IMG/VR virus record: IMGVR_UViG_3300037851_001504
Location: 1-49,874 of that record
From: a virus
Taxonomy: Duplodnaviria; Caudoviricetes
DNA length: 49,874 nt
Reading direction: 5' to 3' (one strand)
Part shown: positions 20,601 to 28,903 of the stretch, piece after piece
Numbering within the stretch: the stretch's first letter is position 1
How the letters are laid out: the number at the start of each line of letters is the position of its first letter
Program-made: the position numbers and the translations under genes
Notes under the pieces: model-generated
Told to the model about the DNA's origin: nothing
The model's input: only the letters and a program-made list of their open reading frames with translations
Database searches by the model: none

Positions 20601-23600
20601 GGGAAGGCTTCCAGTGCTTAGTATTTCTGGGGTGGCTAGCGTACAAGTAGAAAGATCTGCCGCATTAGCTGCACAGGCCCACCTATTGACATATTCAGTC
20701 TGGTTTCCAAAGTGCCTATGTAGGTTAACTGCCCAGTTCTGGTTTGTCCACGAAAGTCCATTGTTTGCAGTAGTTCTAACCTGATTAGTTCTGTATGAGT
20801 TAACCGATTGATTTGTCCATACAACCCATCCGGCTGGAAATTTCGCCCTTATTATATACGTCATCTGCTGGGATACTTTAACGGAGCCCCACATACCAGT
20901 AGAGAAATTGGTAGGAACTATACAAAGGGAATGATTATTAGCTGCTCCGTGGGTGTGATTTACTGCAAGAGATCTTGGTTGATTGCAAATTATCCCGCAG
21001 TTGTTATTAGTGAGAAACGTGGTTCCTCCCCAGGTAGAGTTACACACTCGGATCTCGAGATCTCCAGCAGTTGCTGACGTATTAGCTATACCCAATTCTA
21101 GCAATTCATACACTAGATTCCCTGTTCCATTGTATATGGTTACTGATATTGCAGACGATATGGATGAAAGAGAATACGCATCTCCGAATCGAGTGGCGTT
21201 TGTAGATGCTTCTGTCGGCGCTATATCGTTTTCGGTTAGAGAGAAGTTGTATATTCCAGACGAGTTTATGTGTGTGGTTAGGGTTTGATTCCCAGAACGT
21301 ATGACACTTCCGTTTATGAACCCCCAATCCGTTCCAAGCGAAGTAGAATTTACGTGCCACGTTAGATTAACCTTTGCATCATTTATACCGGATGTATCAT
21401 TTATTTTGAATGATGTATTAAAGGGAGAGTTTGTGAAAAGTCCAAGTATTGTCCAATCTGACGGGTATTGCTCAAAATAACCTACATTTGGGTATCTAAC
21501 TATTTCTAGGGTATAGTTAACCAAAAAAGAGGTATTTTCGTTATTTAGAGAATCATTGGCTGATACAGACCACTTATAATAACCATTGGAGATGTCGCTT
21601 ATTTGTAGTGTGTAGTTAGTGTGTGAGTCGGCTCCTGTCTTGCTGCTTCCTGTACAGTTGGTGGCATTTCTTGCCCACGAACCAGTCCAGTTGCCCCATA
21701 TCGATCCACACCCATAGTTTATGCTACTGTTGAAAAAGAAATATATTGTGACGTTATTTGTAGTTAATCCGTTTGTCGGATACTTTAGCCATACATTCGG
21801 TGCAGTGTTATCTACTTGCCAGTCTTGATCCGTTGAATTTGCTTGGTGCCCGGTTCTGTCGAGAACTTGCACTTTGTAATGTATAAATTTGTCTGTATAT
21901 GGACCGGTGTCGTTATAGAAACAGTAGGAATCTCCTGCTGAGTAGTTTGAAAAAAGAGCCCATGTGCCGTCGTATTCGTTATCGTACCACAAGTAGCACC
22001 GCCAAGGGGTTGCATCGGTGTAGCTGACGTTTACTTCCAAGTAGCTAGGATTTTTTGCATAGTAATAATTTACAGGGGTTGGAGAAACATAAGATAAAGA
22101 CGACGGCGTCAGCGTGTCAATAGTGAACGTTCTGTTGGTAGTCCAGGATTCTCCGGATACGGTGTTGTTGCAAAAAAGCCCCCATTTATAAGTTCCGTCG
22201 CTTATGCTTGTTTGTGTCCAATCTTCTTCGACCCCGTTTGTCAACGCGCAGTCTTTGAATCCCGACGACCATGATCCGCTGGTATTTCTAAAAACACGAA
22301 CACAGTCGGGGCCAGACTCATAGTCGCTGCAAGTGTAATAGTACGTGATGCTGCTGGATGGCGAGTAGTAGTTGTCTTGCGGGTTTCCTTGCGTTACAGT
22401 AGGCCCCGTAGTGTCAACACAATAAGTTCTGTTGGTATTGGTAAAATTGACATTGCTCCTAGTATCGTTGGCCCAAACCGCCCATTTAACACACCCAGCA
22501 GGCAACTGAACGAGATTGGTCACGCTGTCCCAAGAGTTATTATATGGAGACGTATTGTAATAATTTAGTCCCCACGATCCAGTTGAGTTATCATAGAAAC
22601 CAATCCAAGAAAGGCCAAAGTCGTCAGAAGCACGCAAATCCAGTCTAGCAGATCCGGCGGTGCCGTTTATCCATACCCCGTCAGCAAGACTTGTGCCGAA
22701 TTCTGGCTTTGGTGCGGTGTCGTAGGTATAAGTTCTGTTTTCTGCAGAGAAGTTACCGCCACCAGATGTATTAGCATATACGCCAATTTTGTAAGTTCCT
22801 GAAGACGAGAACGTTAAGCTAGTGTTCCACCACGTATTGTTGTACGGAGAAGAATTAACTACTTTGGCAGACCAGGAAGTTTCGTTAGTGAAAATAGCTA
22901 GGTACGAAAGCGCTTCAGCAGAAAGTGCCCTCGCATCTATGTATACTGTTGGGCTGCTGCTCGTATTGGTGGTCGCTGGTTTGGCTCCGAATTCGACTAA
23001 ATACGGATCATTCTGCGGGGGGTCTTGCTCACTCCCCTCAGTAAAGTTATACTTTGGTGTTGACCATAAATGTATATAGTCAGTAGCTGATTGGCCTCCT
23101 CCGGCAGCGAAGTCATTGAATGTATCTCCGTTTACGTCATAACCTCCAGCGATAAACCCGATTCCTTTAATGGATTGATCGGCCTTCCATATCGGTTCAA
23201 GGCGGGTATTGTATATTTTGATATAGTCGTTTGCATTTGAATAGTACTGTTGGAAAGCTATTAGCTGTCCATATTTAGATATCTGGAGTTTGCGAGGATA
23301 TGCAGCATGGCACGTATAAGCTCCGCACAAATACTGGTATGGCCACGAGATATTAACAAAGGACTTGTTGAAGAGCATTATATCTGTTTCGTTCCAATAA
23401 CTACCAGAGTATGCAGAAAAACCTATTAGCATATCCTCTTTTCCATCTAGATCGTGGTCTACCCCGTCGCATCCAATAGGCAAGATAGCTGAGTTAGGAG
23501 TCCACCCCTTTGAGAAACTTCCATTACGAATGGCGGTCCCATTCTTTAGCCAATATTGTCCGGCCCATAGAGCAGAGGATCCGGTAGAATTTCTTAGAAC

Positions 23601-25526
23601 TACTCCAACTACGTCCTCAACCCCAGAGCCTTCAGTATCTAGCAAACATATTGCTCCTTCTTGGCCGCTCGAAAGCGAAGGAATTGTTATTGCGGTTATT
23701 ATGTCCGAAAGATTTTGTCCATAGAAAAAGTGCAGTTTTGAGTTAGTATTCATTGCCGAAAGACCGCAGATATTCTGAGTTCCATCTAGACCATAGTCAC
23801 AAGGAATTGGCATTGCTGCGCCGGTCGTTCCGCTTTCTAGATATGTCAGGTCTTTGTTGTTAAAGGACCCATTTATCACATAGTATCTAGGTTCATATCT
23901 AGATCCCCCATAGCTGTTAGTTCCCCCGGCGTATTCTTTAAGATTATCTGCATCTATGTCAACTACTATGGCCGGATATGTTTGTGTATATTCATAAGAC
24001 CCTGTTTTTATTTCTATGTTGCTATCTGTAGCTAAGGTACCAGAAGACCACTTTATAGAAGTAGCTCTTATATAATCCCGTTCCCCGCGCAAGCCACCTA
24101 TTTCTATATCAGAATCTCCATCAAAATTCCCCATATCTATTGAGGGAAAGCTCCCAGCATAGTTAGACCCAGAACTCCAGCTGCCTAACTGAGGCAAGGT
24201 AGTTACGTTCCATGAGGTTTTTTCCGTTGCTTCAGTTGTCGATGTGCTATTATAATAAACCCAAAAAGTCTGATTCGTCTGGTTTGTGGTATTTAGTTCG
24301 ACCATAAAGGTCAAATTAGTATATGAAGAGCTGCTAGTATTGAACCCCGCAGACAAAAATCGAAATCCAAGTAACCCATCTTCGGTAGATTTAACAAGTC
24401 TAACCTCTTTAGTTATGTTATATACTTGTCCGTTGCCAAAGGAAACGTTGAAAACAAGACCGATATTTGTCCAGTTTTCATAAGCAAAAACAGTTACATT
24501 TTTCTTCTTGTACCAGCTCGAATTGTACCATGCGTTCTTCGTGTTGTTTACTTCTAGAAGAAGGGAACCTGACTCGCTGAACCGTATGCTAGGAATAAAG
24601 TCTATGGGAGATGAATTAGCAAAGTACGGCTTTGACCACCTGGTTGTTCCATATACGGTTTTAGTTTGGCCGGCAGGGATGAAAATGTAAGGAAGTTTTG
24701 TGTTCACTATCTTGTATTTTGTCACATTTGTGTATGTAACTATTGTATCTATCCACGGTTCAGATATATTTGTTCCATTTCCGAAATAAGTTATGTTTGA
24801 TCCGTGATCTATATATGAATACACGGGCACGGTTTCGGTGTAAGATATATTTTCGGTTCCAAGAGCGTAAACATCCCAATACGTTATATTGTTATGTATT
24901 GTTTGAAAGTACTGGCCTATGTATGCATCTGCATTTTTTGTTTTGAAGGAAATGTTATAGTCTTTGGCTGTTGGATTTGTTACATTAACCGCCCAGCGCC
25001 CCTCAAATAAGTCATTATCAAAACTTACCAACTTAAAGATCTGGTCTTGGTTATATGAGTCAAAAACAGGGTCTACTTCTTTATTTTCTATGCCTATGGA
25101 GAATTTAACTGGTTTAGCAGGGTTTACTTTAGTTGCTACTATTGAGAAGTAATACGGCTTGTTGCGGGTAAAGGTCTTATTTGTGGTTAGCGTCCACTTG
25201 GACCACTTTCCAGTCATATTTGTGTATATATTATATGATTTAATATTAGATGGAATACCCGAAAACGTGACTTTTAGCTTGTCTACGTTAGTTATTTTGA
25301 CAGTTTCATTTAGCGTCATTGAGAAGTTAAAGACGCAAGGATCTGTAGGGGTGCCTAGACAAGAAATAGACGTATTCGGAAGAACCGGAGATCCGTCTAG
25401 AAGCCTAAATTGAGCCCCAGACGTTATAGCTAGGTACTGAAACACAGACAAGCCTAAAATAGCGCCTATGACTCCAAAGAACGCAGCTATTGTCTTTAAG
25501 TCTACTATCTTGGTAGTTGTCGCCAT
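14655..25526 (-). CDS. Giant (3623 aa) membrane-anchored/secreted surface glycoprotein-like adhesin
   Basis: N-terminal hydrophobic anchor; WYNSSWYKKKNVTV...FWVYYN (DUF2341-like); FG-GAP/VCBS-like repeats (GNFDGDSDIEI, DIDADNLKE, DHDLDGKED, DVNGDTFND); many Ig-like repeats (DT..P.v...P...GTY.W); very dense N-x-S/T sequons. Confidence 0.8.
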   Translation of the reverse strand: MATTTKIVDLKTIAAFFGVIGAILGLSVFQYLAITSGAQFRLLDGSPVLPNTSISCLGTPTDPCVFNFSMTLNETVKITNVDKLKVTFSGIPSNIKSYNIYTNMTGKWSKWTLTTNKTFTRNKPYYFSIVATKVNPAKPVKFSIGIENKEVDPVFDSYNQDQIFKLVSFDNDLFEGRWAVNVTNPTAKDYNISFKTKNADAYIGQYFQTIHNNITYWDVYALGTENISYTETVPVYSYIDHGSNITYFGNGTNISEPWIDTIVTYTNVTKYKIVNTKLPYIFIPAGQTKTVYGTTRWSKPYFANSSPIDFIPSIRFSESGSLLLEVNNTKNAWYNSSWYKKKNVTVFAYENWTNIGLVFNVSFGNGQVYNITKEVRLVKSTEDGLLGFRFLSAGFNTSSSSYTNLTFMVELNTTNQTNQTFWVYYNSTSTTEATEKTSWNVTTLPQLGSWSSGSNYAGSFPSIDMGNFDGDSDIEIGGLRGERDYIRATSIKWSSGTLATDSNIEIKTGSYEYTQTYPAIVVDIDADNLKEYAGGTNSYGGSRYEPRYYVINGSFNNKDLTYLESGTTGAAMPIPCDYGLDGTQNICGLSAMNTNSKLHFFYGQNLSDIITAITIPSLSSGQEGAICLLDTEGSGVEDVVGVVLRNSTGSSALWAGQYWLKNGTAIRNGSFSKGWTPNSAILPIGCDGVDHDLDGKEDMLIGFSAYSGSYWNETDIMLFNKSFVNISWPYQYLCGAYTCHAAYPRKLQISKYGQLIAFQQYYSNANDYIKIYNTRLEPIWKADQSIKGIGFIAGGYDVNGDTFNDFAAGGGQSATDYIHLWSTPKYNFTEGSEQDPPQNDPYLVEFGAKPATTNTSSSPTVYIDARALSAEALSYLAIFTNETSWSAKVVNSSPYNNTWWNTSLTFSSSGTYKIGVYANTSGGGNFSAENRTYTYDTAPKPEFGTSLADGVWINGTAGSARLDLRASDDFGLSWIGFYDNSTGSWGLNYYNTSPYNNSWDSVTNLVQLPAGCVKWAVWANDTRSNVNFTNTNRTYCVDTTGPTVTQGNPQDNYYSPSSSITYYYTCSDYESGPDCVRVFRNTSGSWSSGFKDCALTNGVEEDWTQTSISDGTYKWGLFCNNTVSGESWTTNRTFTIDTLTPSSLSYVSPTPVNYYYAKNPSYLEVNVSYTDATPWRCYLWYDNEYDGTWALFSNYSAGDSYCFYNDTGPYTDKFIHYKVQVLDRTGHQANSTDQDWQVDNTAPNVWLKYPTNGLTTNNVTIYFFFNSSINYGCGSIWGNWTGSWARNATNCTGSSKTGADSHTNYTLQISDISNGYYKWSVSANDSLNNENTSFLVNYTLEIVRYPNVGYFEQYPSDWTILGLFTNSPFNTSFKINDTSGINDAKVNLTWHVNSTSLGTDWGFINGSVIRSGNQTLTTHINSSGIYNFSLTENDIAPTEASTNATRFGDAYSLSSISSAISVTIYNGTGNLVYELLELGIANTSATAGDLEIRVCNSTWGGTTFLTNNNCGIICNQPRSLAVNHTHGAANNHSLCIVPTNFSTGMWGSVKVSQQMTYIIRAKFPAGWVVWTNQSVNSYRTNQVRTTANNGLSWTNQNWAVNLHRHFGNQTEYVNRWACAANAADLSTCTLATPEILSTGSLPPTQPIVFSPSEGYYNNITINWNPSASPNGYYIKYYNITLAYPNETVIENIYNASNTTFSFFWDTTTISEGTYEVQVTATDANELSATAHSEEFIIDHTSPFIQQIFPSDAQWIDSSNVNLTLFGTDNYGFANQSVWFPSGEVCYQETPNVTTSCGGLDTGNFSPQYCSDTFGGLDTFIDVFDGDWDTTGWFSCYGIGTVVSNSSVLYTVPPGVDAATLLVRFGEYASPQTLNLTIPSACISSDINISLSLTDNIVLGSSVARVGCLQGTSYIPIYQINSLNNPSFYEEAVYWTFPSDKTTNFTPFNNSNTIFDFSDLSEGTYTWLGDACDLAGNCNNTNEQSFFVDYSEPLIFPGFYLLSYGTQVSATKNSPDILVSALVDSFPACTEFWNNFSGSWALHNSTCDLWTDGYHNLTNQSFAFPSAGYWKLSVAGNDTFGHTNRSFLENYTVCYDAGMINYTISYPNNRKENNSFYLNISVSNYCGATSASLYSNFTGSWALNQTNNTPSENDFSFLINSLSEGTYTYDFVVTGESTIANNSFVFNYTLDMDSVAPSVNLLDPADNNISSINPVTFIINSTSNGPAALNCASLYGNWSGWGIKNSSCTNVDGNFTILAGGITSGIYVWSASVNDTFNNTNSSFGVNRTLYFDTGDPTATIYPSGLTYSNTSPYVFKIYAADDLSLKNVTFFSNISGYTSVTNSSPYNDTNTSFSIVVPTDGYYWYFGQACDILDQCTTTSNNTFGKDTIEPIFTGIEFMDGSGRNCVNQHLTDIVYTYGSDNAGGSGISRYDIYSNWSWNGLDSTWKIIGTSTGTYYGDSQGTYGIYRMSAAPYDNAGNGNLSFVHNITVYFDGPVGSSEPVTSWIYPASNNSVVPTSQLLNVSGADLALWSCTYYVNDTIRPGVLYNTSTGGYCTADISDLTSGYYRVYATLEDRCAWTNNTPVYYFTVDTIPFVNVTSPSASATTPGTNNFTINATDDYGVTNISFVSSFYNATYDCANQTECLWSLNYSTTNCTNEWYYATTYDNASQFNQTDIRTLTQSSNLQIFFNGTSTGKYEYNTTSLTEAVSCGNMVCLNFPDYYSPGTKNCTENKTSYVWSAISNEYRPVGSNSTSFNLTNVVSPICLQENLTNSGICGGTTNGSYSVDYLISHAAFFDGDYSTPAACGAYTTCITNISYYSPVGIDLNNASLWRYKSEVNDANYSVNGSCLSQSPVKIGIIQTGVAPMHNYLYCYNGSGWTYMGDPYGSLIYEESMYWNRFVGGFSVALVQNNLSQSAPVKVTSAVMNLTAFPVLGSYPLDTQVFLGSNGNIDVSLPGYLEGTNVRQSRESTGSNDTNITLSVGSAGSSGSFNVPISKQGIISSAKFNITGWNITTSEVGNDTIDGTKTSSQTTCNTTAGEAKQNGTVDASWTYIWAENPITSWSGGLYGGYYYASPGDSAVDNDNVSAARIAAEAWSEKGAWGETYSSGEIKHGSALSGDYYFFNLTYNARTCWAYYGQHDMHIYAYNWATAAWDSIYSISRYQDVYCGPPGQLTECDYNTDDVTFTWVSSANYVSASQTKFIFNTTSKSSCVSCTRVGSGSASSEIMIKNITNLNASRNYVEYARHPGEASQFAQTNKQYIGADVRTYVSSSILSPRFNFTNVYLEVNESLPWGDNITYFFSPNNGASWYSIRPNQTINITGSTGMHGRLMATFNTTIPEYTSKLYNYTLVFNYTSLVSNPKVYIGSSTSPLWSYSGTFNATSEVVVPNADVQALSSTCSNPSCPVSFAVSSDLPGIVEINNINFTYTVNPISLNTTTIENLLLTNSTLTIPIYNSTNGTQVDGLMINYLGPKNLTIIANTSGADVNVTASIYYSNFSTIYPQYISRMGFVPKSRTQANITPTGQNDTQPIVTFDSVVDHPFYIYQSLASTPNSCYNFTISNSSSKSNGRISNTTKQYLTKANTTYNGTGWVWLDIVSCDPRILTNSYKWSVLCEGCVGAS

Positions 25527-25530
25527 TTCT

Positions 25531-26094
25531 TCACTTCCGATTAGCCAGCACGATCGTCAGATTCACTTCATATACCCCGTGATCCTGTAGCCATTTAGTT
25601 CCAGGATGTATGTTGGGGTCTGCAGCTATCCCAGTTGGATCTACAGATATGCCCCCGCTCGTTGCTTTTAAATCTTGCGACATTTCTCGCACTTTTAGGT
25701 TTGTTATTATGCCACCTATTTTTTTGTTAAAAGTAGCCCCCGGACCATATCTGGTAGTTGTTCCATCCGGGTCATATATATCCTGGTCATATTCAACCTT
25801 GAGTAGAGGCTGAGATGTCGAGTAATAGTTCTCCTGCATCAGTTGTAGCATAGCTTTCTGATCAGCGGCTGAGATTGTGCCATCTGGAACTATGACTCCT
25901 TTTAGAGTTATTTGCTTACGTATAACTAGAGTATCGAATACTTGAGTGTATGATCCTTCAGACTGCTTCTGCTTGATCTTCGGGCGGTCTATCAGCTTGA
26001 CTGTTTTCTGCCATTCCCAGTTAAAATCAGTAATATAAAGATTAACAGATGTGCTTCCTTGTGTTAAAGTTAATGTTTTTTGTCCAACTGTCAT
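25531..26094 (-). CDS. Distal tail (Dit-like) protein
   Basis: Immediately after the tape measure gene; size and RKQITLKGVI beta pattern fit. Confidence 0.55.
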   Translation of the reverse strand: MTVGQKTLTLTQGSTSVNLYITDFNWEWQKTVKLIDRPKIKQKQSEGSYTQVFDTLVIRKQITLKGVIVPDGTISAADQKAMLQLMQENYYSTSQPLLKVEYDQDIYDPDGTTTRYGPGATFNKKIGGIITNLKVREMSQDLKATSGGISVDPTGIAADPNIHPGTKWLQDHGVYEVNLTIVLANRK

Positions 26095-26100
26095 ACTATT

Positions 26101-27927
26101 TTACACCCTACTTGGAAGCCTATTGCGAAGGTTCTCGAATATTGAGTCCTCTACCTGTCTAGCCATATCTCTTATATCTATAGATGAGTTTATGCTATTG
26201 TTGAAGTAATTATTGACGCTGATATTGCTACCTGCCATAGCTGAGCCACTATTTAGTGGTATTACTGCTTCAGGTCCTTTTTCACCTATCATAGCTAGAG
26301 TTGGGCTCGTCACTATGCCTCCGCTGGCCAGTGCAGGAACATCCGGCTTTCCTCCGAGACCTAAAAATCCCCCAAGAGCTGAACTAAACGCTCCCCATTT
26401 GGATTCTATCCAGTCTCTTATAGGGGCGGGGATGAGGTTCCATAATATATTGACTAAAGATGCTATGGACTTGACTATGGTCTCAAATGTTCCAGATAGG
26501 AAGTTATATACCCCAACAAAAATGGTTTTTATTCCTTCAGCTAAGAGATGCCAGCCCTCTTTGAGTTTTTCTGGATTGAGAGTCATGGCGCCTATTACTA
26601 AGTCCATTGTTCCTTGTATAGTAGCGAGGACACCACCGAATATTTCCTTTATTCCTGTCCATAGTTTCTCAACCGACTCTTTTATTCCCATAAAATTGGT
26701 TCGCCACGCTGCAACGAAACCTATAACCAAAAGAGCTATGGTCCCTAAGACAATCGCTATGGGGGCAGATATTCCGCCTATTATGGCCACTATTCCTCCA
26801 AAAACAGAAGTTACTGCGCCAGTTATGGTTGCCCACACACCGGCGATAACTGCTGGCAGATTTAAAATAGTTGTCACTAAAGGACCAGACGCCCCAAAGA
26901 ATGAAGCTATCCACGTAATAACAGCTGGAAGTGTAACTCCAAACTGTCCTACAAATGCAAGTATTCCCCCGAGAACTGTAAAAATAACCATAAATGAGCC
27001 TAATCCAGCTTGAGCCCATTCTGGCATATCTAGTATGAATTCAGATATTGCTATCATAATATCTAGGAGAGGTTCAAACGCAAATAGTGATATAGCCAAT
27101 GCAGTATTAAATATGTCAAAGATGCCTGTCATCTCTTCGAACTTATTAAATGCCCCTTGGAAAGCCCGTTGCATAGCCATTCCGCCGAAAAGGAGTCCGA
27201 ACATTAGAGAGTTTACGTGTTTTAATACAGGCGTCATTTTAGACATTTGTTTTATATTTTTCTGGAGAGCTGGATCAAGTTTAGTGTTAAAGGCCTTGGA
27301 AACTTTTTCAATCGATTTTCCGTGCCTCAAAAGAGTTAGAACTGTTCCTTGCGTAGCAGGGGACAAATTATTCATAGCGTCTAACAAGATGTCTGTTTGA
27401 GATCTCGGCCGAACTGGCTTGACTGGAGCAATCGGAGCAATTGGAGCGTCTGGCACCTTTATAGACGGGTCCATTAATGCTTTATTCATAACGCGTCTAT
27501 AATTATATAATGACTTAGCATATTCTCTGTTGTTTTTATTATACTTCATAAGGTCAGTCTCATATTTTTCCATTTCTTCTCGATATTCTCTCATAGCGTG
27601 TTTTGCATCAGTCAAACTATTTAGTACATCTTTTGTAAAGGGCTTAGCAGATAGGTCACGTATGGCTATATCAAGTCCCTTAAAGCCTTTGTACACGCTA
27701 AATATATGTTCTGCTATTTGGTTTGTATCTTTATTGGCTTTATATCCAAATAGACGTTCAACTAACGTCTTAGTAGCTCCGACTTTAACCATCTTGTCGG
27801 CGACTTTTCTAAGCACGTCCATATTGTCTATCTGGTCAGAGAGCATTCTATCTCCCTGTGACTGGCGTTCAAATTCTGTCTTTATTAGAAAAACAATCTC
27901 GTGCTGAGTTTGTGAGCCTACCATCAC
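26101..27927 (-). CDS. Tape measure protein
   Basis: Helical, with hydrophobic and W/F-periodic repeats; C-terminal LASGGIVTSPTLAMIGEKGPEAVIPL motif. Confidence 0.85.
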   Translation of the reverse strand: MMVGSQTQHEIVFLIKTEFERQSQGDRMLSDQIDNMDVLRKVADKMVKVGATKTLVERLFGYKANKDTNQIAEHIFSVYKGFKGLDIAIRDLSAKPFTKDVLNSLTDAKHAMREYREEMEKYETDLMKYNKNNREYAKSLYNYRRVMNKALMDPSIKVPDAPIAPIAPVKPVRPRSQTDILLDAMNNLSPATQGTVLTLLRHGKSIEKVSKAFNTKLDPALQKNIKQMSKMTPVLKHVNSLMFGLLFGGMAMQRAFQGAFNKFEEMTGIFDIFNTALAISLFAFEPLLDIMIAISEFILDMPEWAQAGLGSFMVIFTVLGGILAFVGQFGVTLPAVITWIASFFGASGPLVTTILNLPAVIAGVWATITGAVTSVFGGIVAIIGGISAPIAIVLGTIALLVIGFVAAWRTNFMGIKESVEKLWTGIKEIFGGVLATIQGTMDLVIGAMTLNPEKLKEGWHLLAEGIKTIFVGVYNFLSGTFETIVKSIASLVNILWNLIPAPIRDWIESKWGAFSSALGGFLGLGGKPDVPALASGGIVTSPTLAMIGEKGPEAVIPLNSGSAMAGSNISVNNYFNNSINSSIDIRDMARQVEDSIFENLRNRLPSRV

Positions 27928-28151
27928 CTGTTTTTCTTAGCTGCTGCCTCCTCAGCCTCGATCTTCTTATCTACCCAGTAATTTAGTCTCTGAGATATAG
28001 GTATAGGAAGACCGCAATACTCTCCCCAAGGTATCCACGTACCTAGAGTCATCATTGTTTTTATCCATCTATCGACGAGGAAATTAGGGTCTATTCCTCC
28101 AAGAGGCCGGATGTTTATGCCCCTTAAAGCCCCAATTTCTGCGAATTTCAT
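27924..28151 (-). CDS. Tail assembly chaperone, gpT-like
   Basis: Lies before the tape measure gene; W..Y..LP..helix pattern. Confidence 0.55.
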   Translation of the reverse strand: MKFAEIGALRGINIRPLGGIDPNFLVDRWIKTMMTLGTWIPWGEYCGLPIPISQRLNYWVDKKIEAEEAAAKKNR

Positions 28152-28532
28152 TTACTTCGTTTCCTCGGATTTACTTTTATCAGAAAGACCATTAGCGACC
28201 ATAACCCCATTAAACAAATCCTTAAAGTATGTGGATATGAATAAATCCAGCTCCATTGCAGTTATCATTCTTTTCTCAGACTCAGATAGGCTATTCTCAA
28301 CAGAAAACTTCAGCACTCCAAATATTTGCTTCATATTCTCTTTCTGAAGGAATTTTGTGGTTACAGAGTCTCCTTTTTCATCTGTGCTGCGAGCGAATAT
28401 ATCAGTAAGTTCTGCTAATTGTATGGTCGGGAGGGGATTCATATGGAATTTAACTATGGAACCGTCTGGTCCAACAAGATCTACATCTATGCCAAGTCCA
28501 CTCGCTTTCTTTATTGCTTCCAAGTTCGTCAT
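28152..28532 (-). CDS. Tail assembly chaperone, gpG-like
   Basis: Between tail tube and tape measure genes; start MTNLEA chosen for its AGGTGA RBS (ORF track starts at 28559). Confidence 0.6.
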   Translation of the reverse strand: MTNLEAIKKASGLGIDVDLVGPDGSIVKFHMNPLPTIQLAELTDIFARSTDEKGDSVTTKFLQKENMKQIFGVLKFSVENSLSESEKRMITAMELDLFISTYFKDLFNGVMVANGLSDKSKSEETK

Positions 28533-28539
28533 ATCTTTT

Positions 28540-28881
28540 TCACCTTTCGTTTGGAGCATTTACTGTTCTAGTGCTCCCGTCTAGCATACGAATAGTTCTA
28601 GTAGGAGTTACGCTCCCGCTAGATCTGTCGTTAGATTCAAGTCTGGATAACCTATTTTCATGAGAAGCAGATATGTTGATAAGCCGTTCAAGCTCTATAT
28701 AGAGGTCCTTCATTTCCATAAGCCACTTTAGGCAAAACCCATAGTGCCCGTCGAACTCTACGTCAGCGAAGGTCCTAAAGTCATCAGCAACGTTGCCAGG
28801 GACTTTATTTATGACTAAATCGGGCTTAGAATGCTCTCTACTATCCAGTACTTTCGACTCACCATCTACCATTTTCTTCAC
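28540..28881 (-). CDS. Putative RHH-like plus coiled-coil protein
   Basis: DLVINKVPGNVADDFRTFA...YGFCLKWLM strand-helix-helix pattern, then a coiled coil. Confidence 0.45.
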   Translation of the reverse strand: MKKMVDGESKVLDSREHSKPDLVINKVPGNVADDFRTFADVEFDGHYGFCLKWLMEMKDLYIELERLINISASHENRLSRLESNDRSSGSVTPTRTIRMLDGSTRTVNAPNER

Positions 28882-28903
28882 TTCGCCAGATCAGCGAGTG
28901 GGT

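Noticed and set aside
783-25526. Diversity-generating retroelement acting on the adhesins
   Set aside because: No reverse transcriptase, and no near-identical TR/VR pair differing at adenines was noticed; internal repeats are old protein-level duplications
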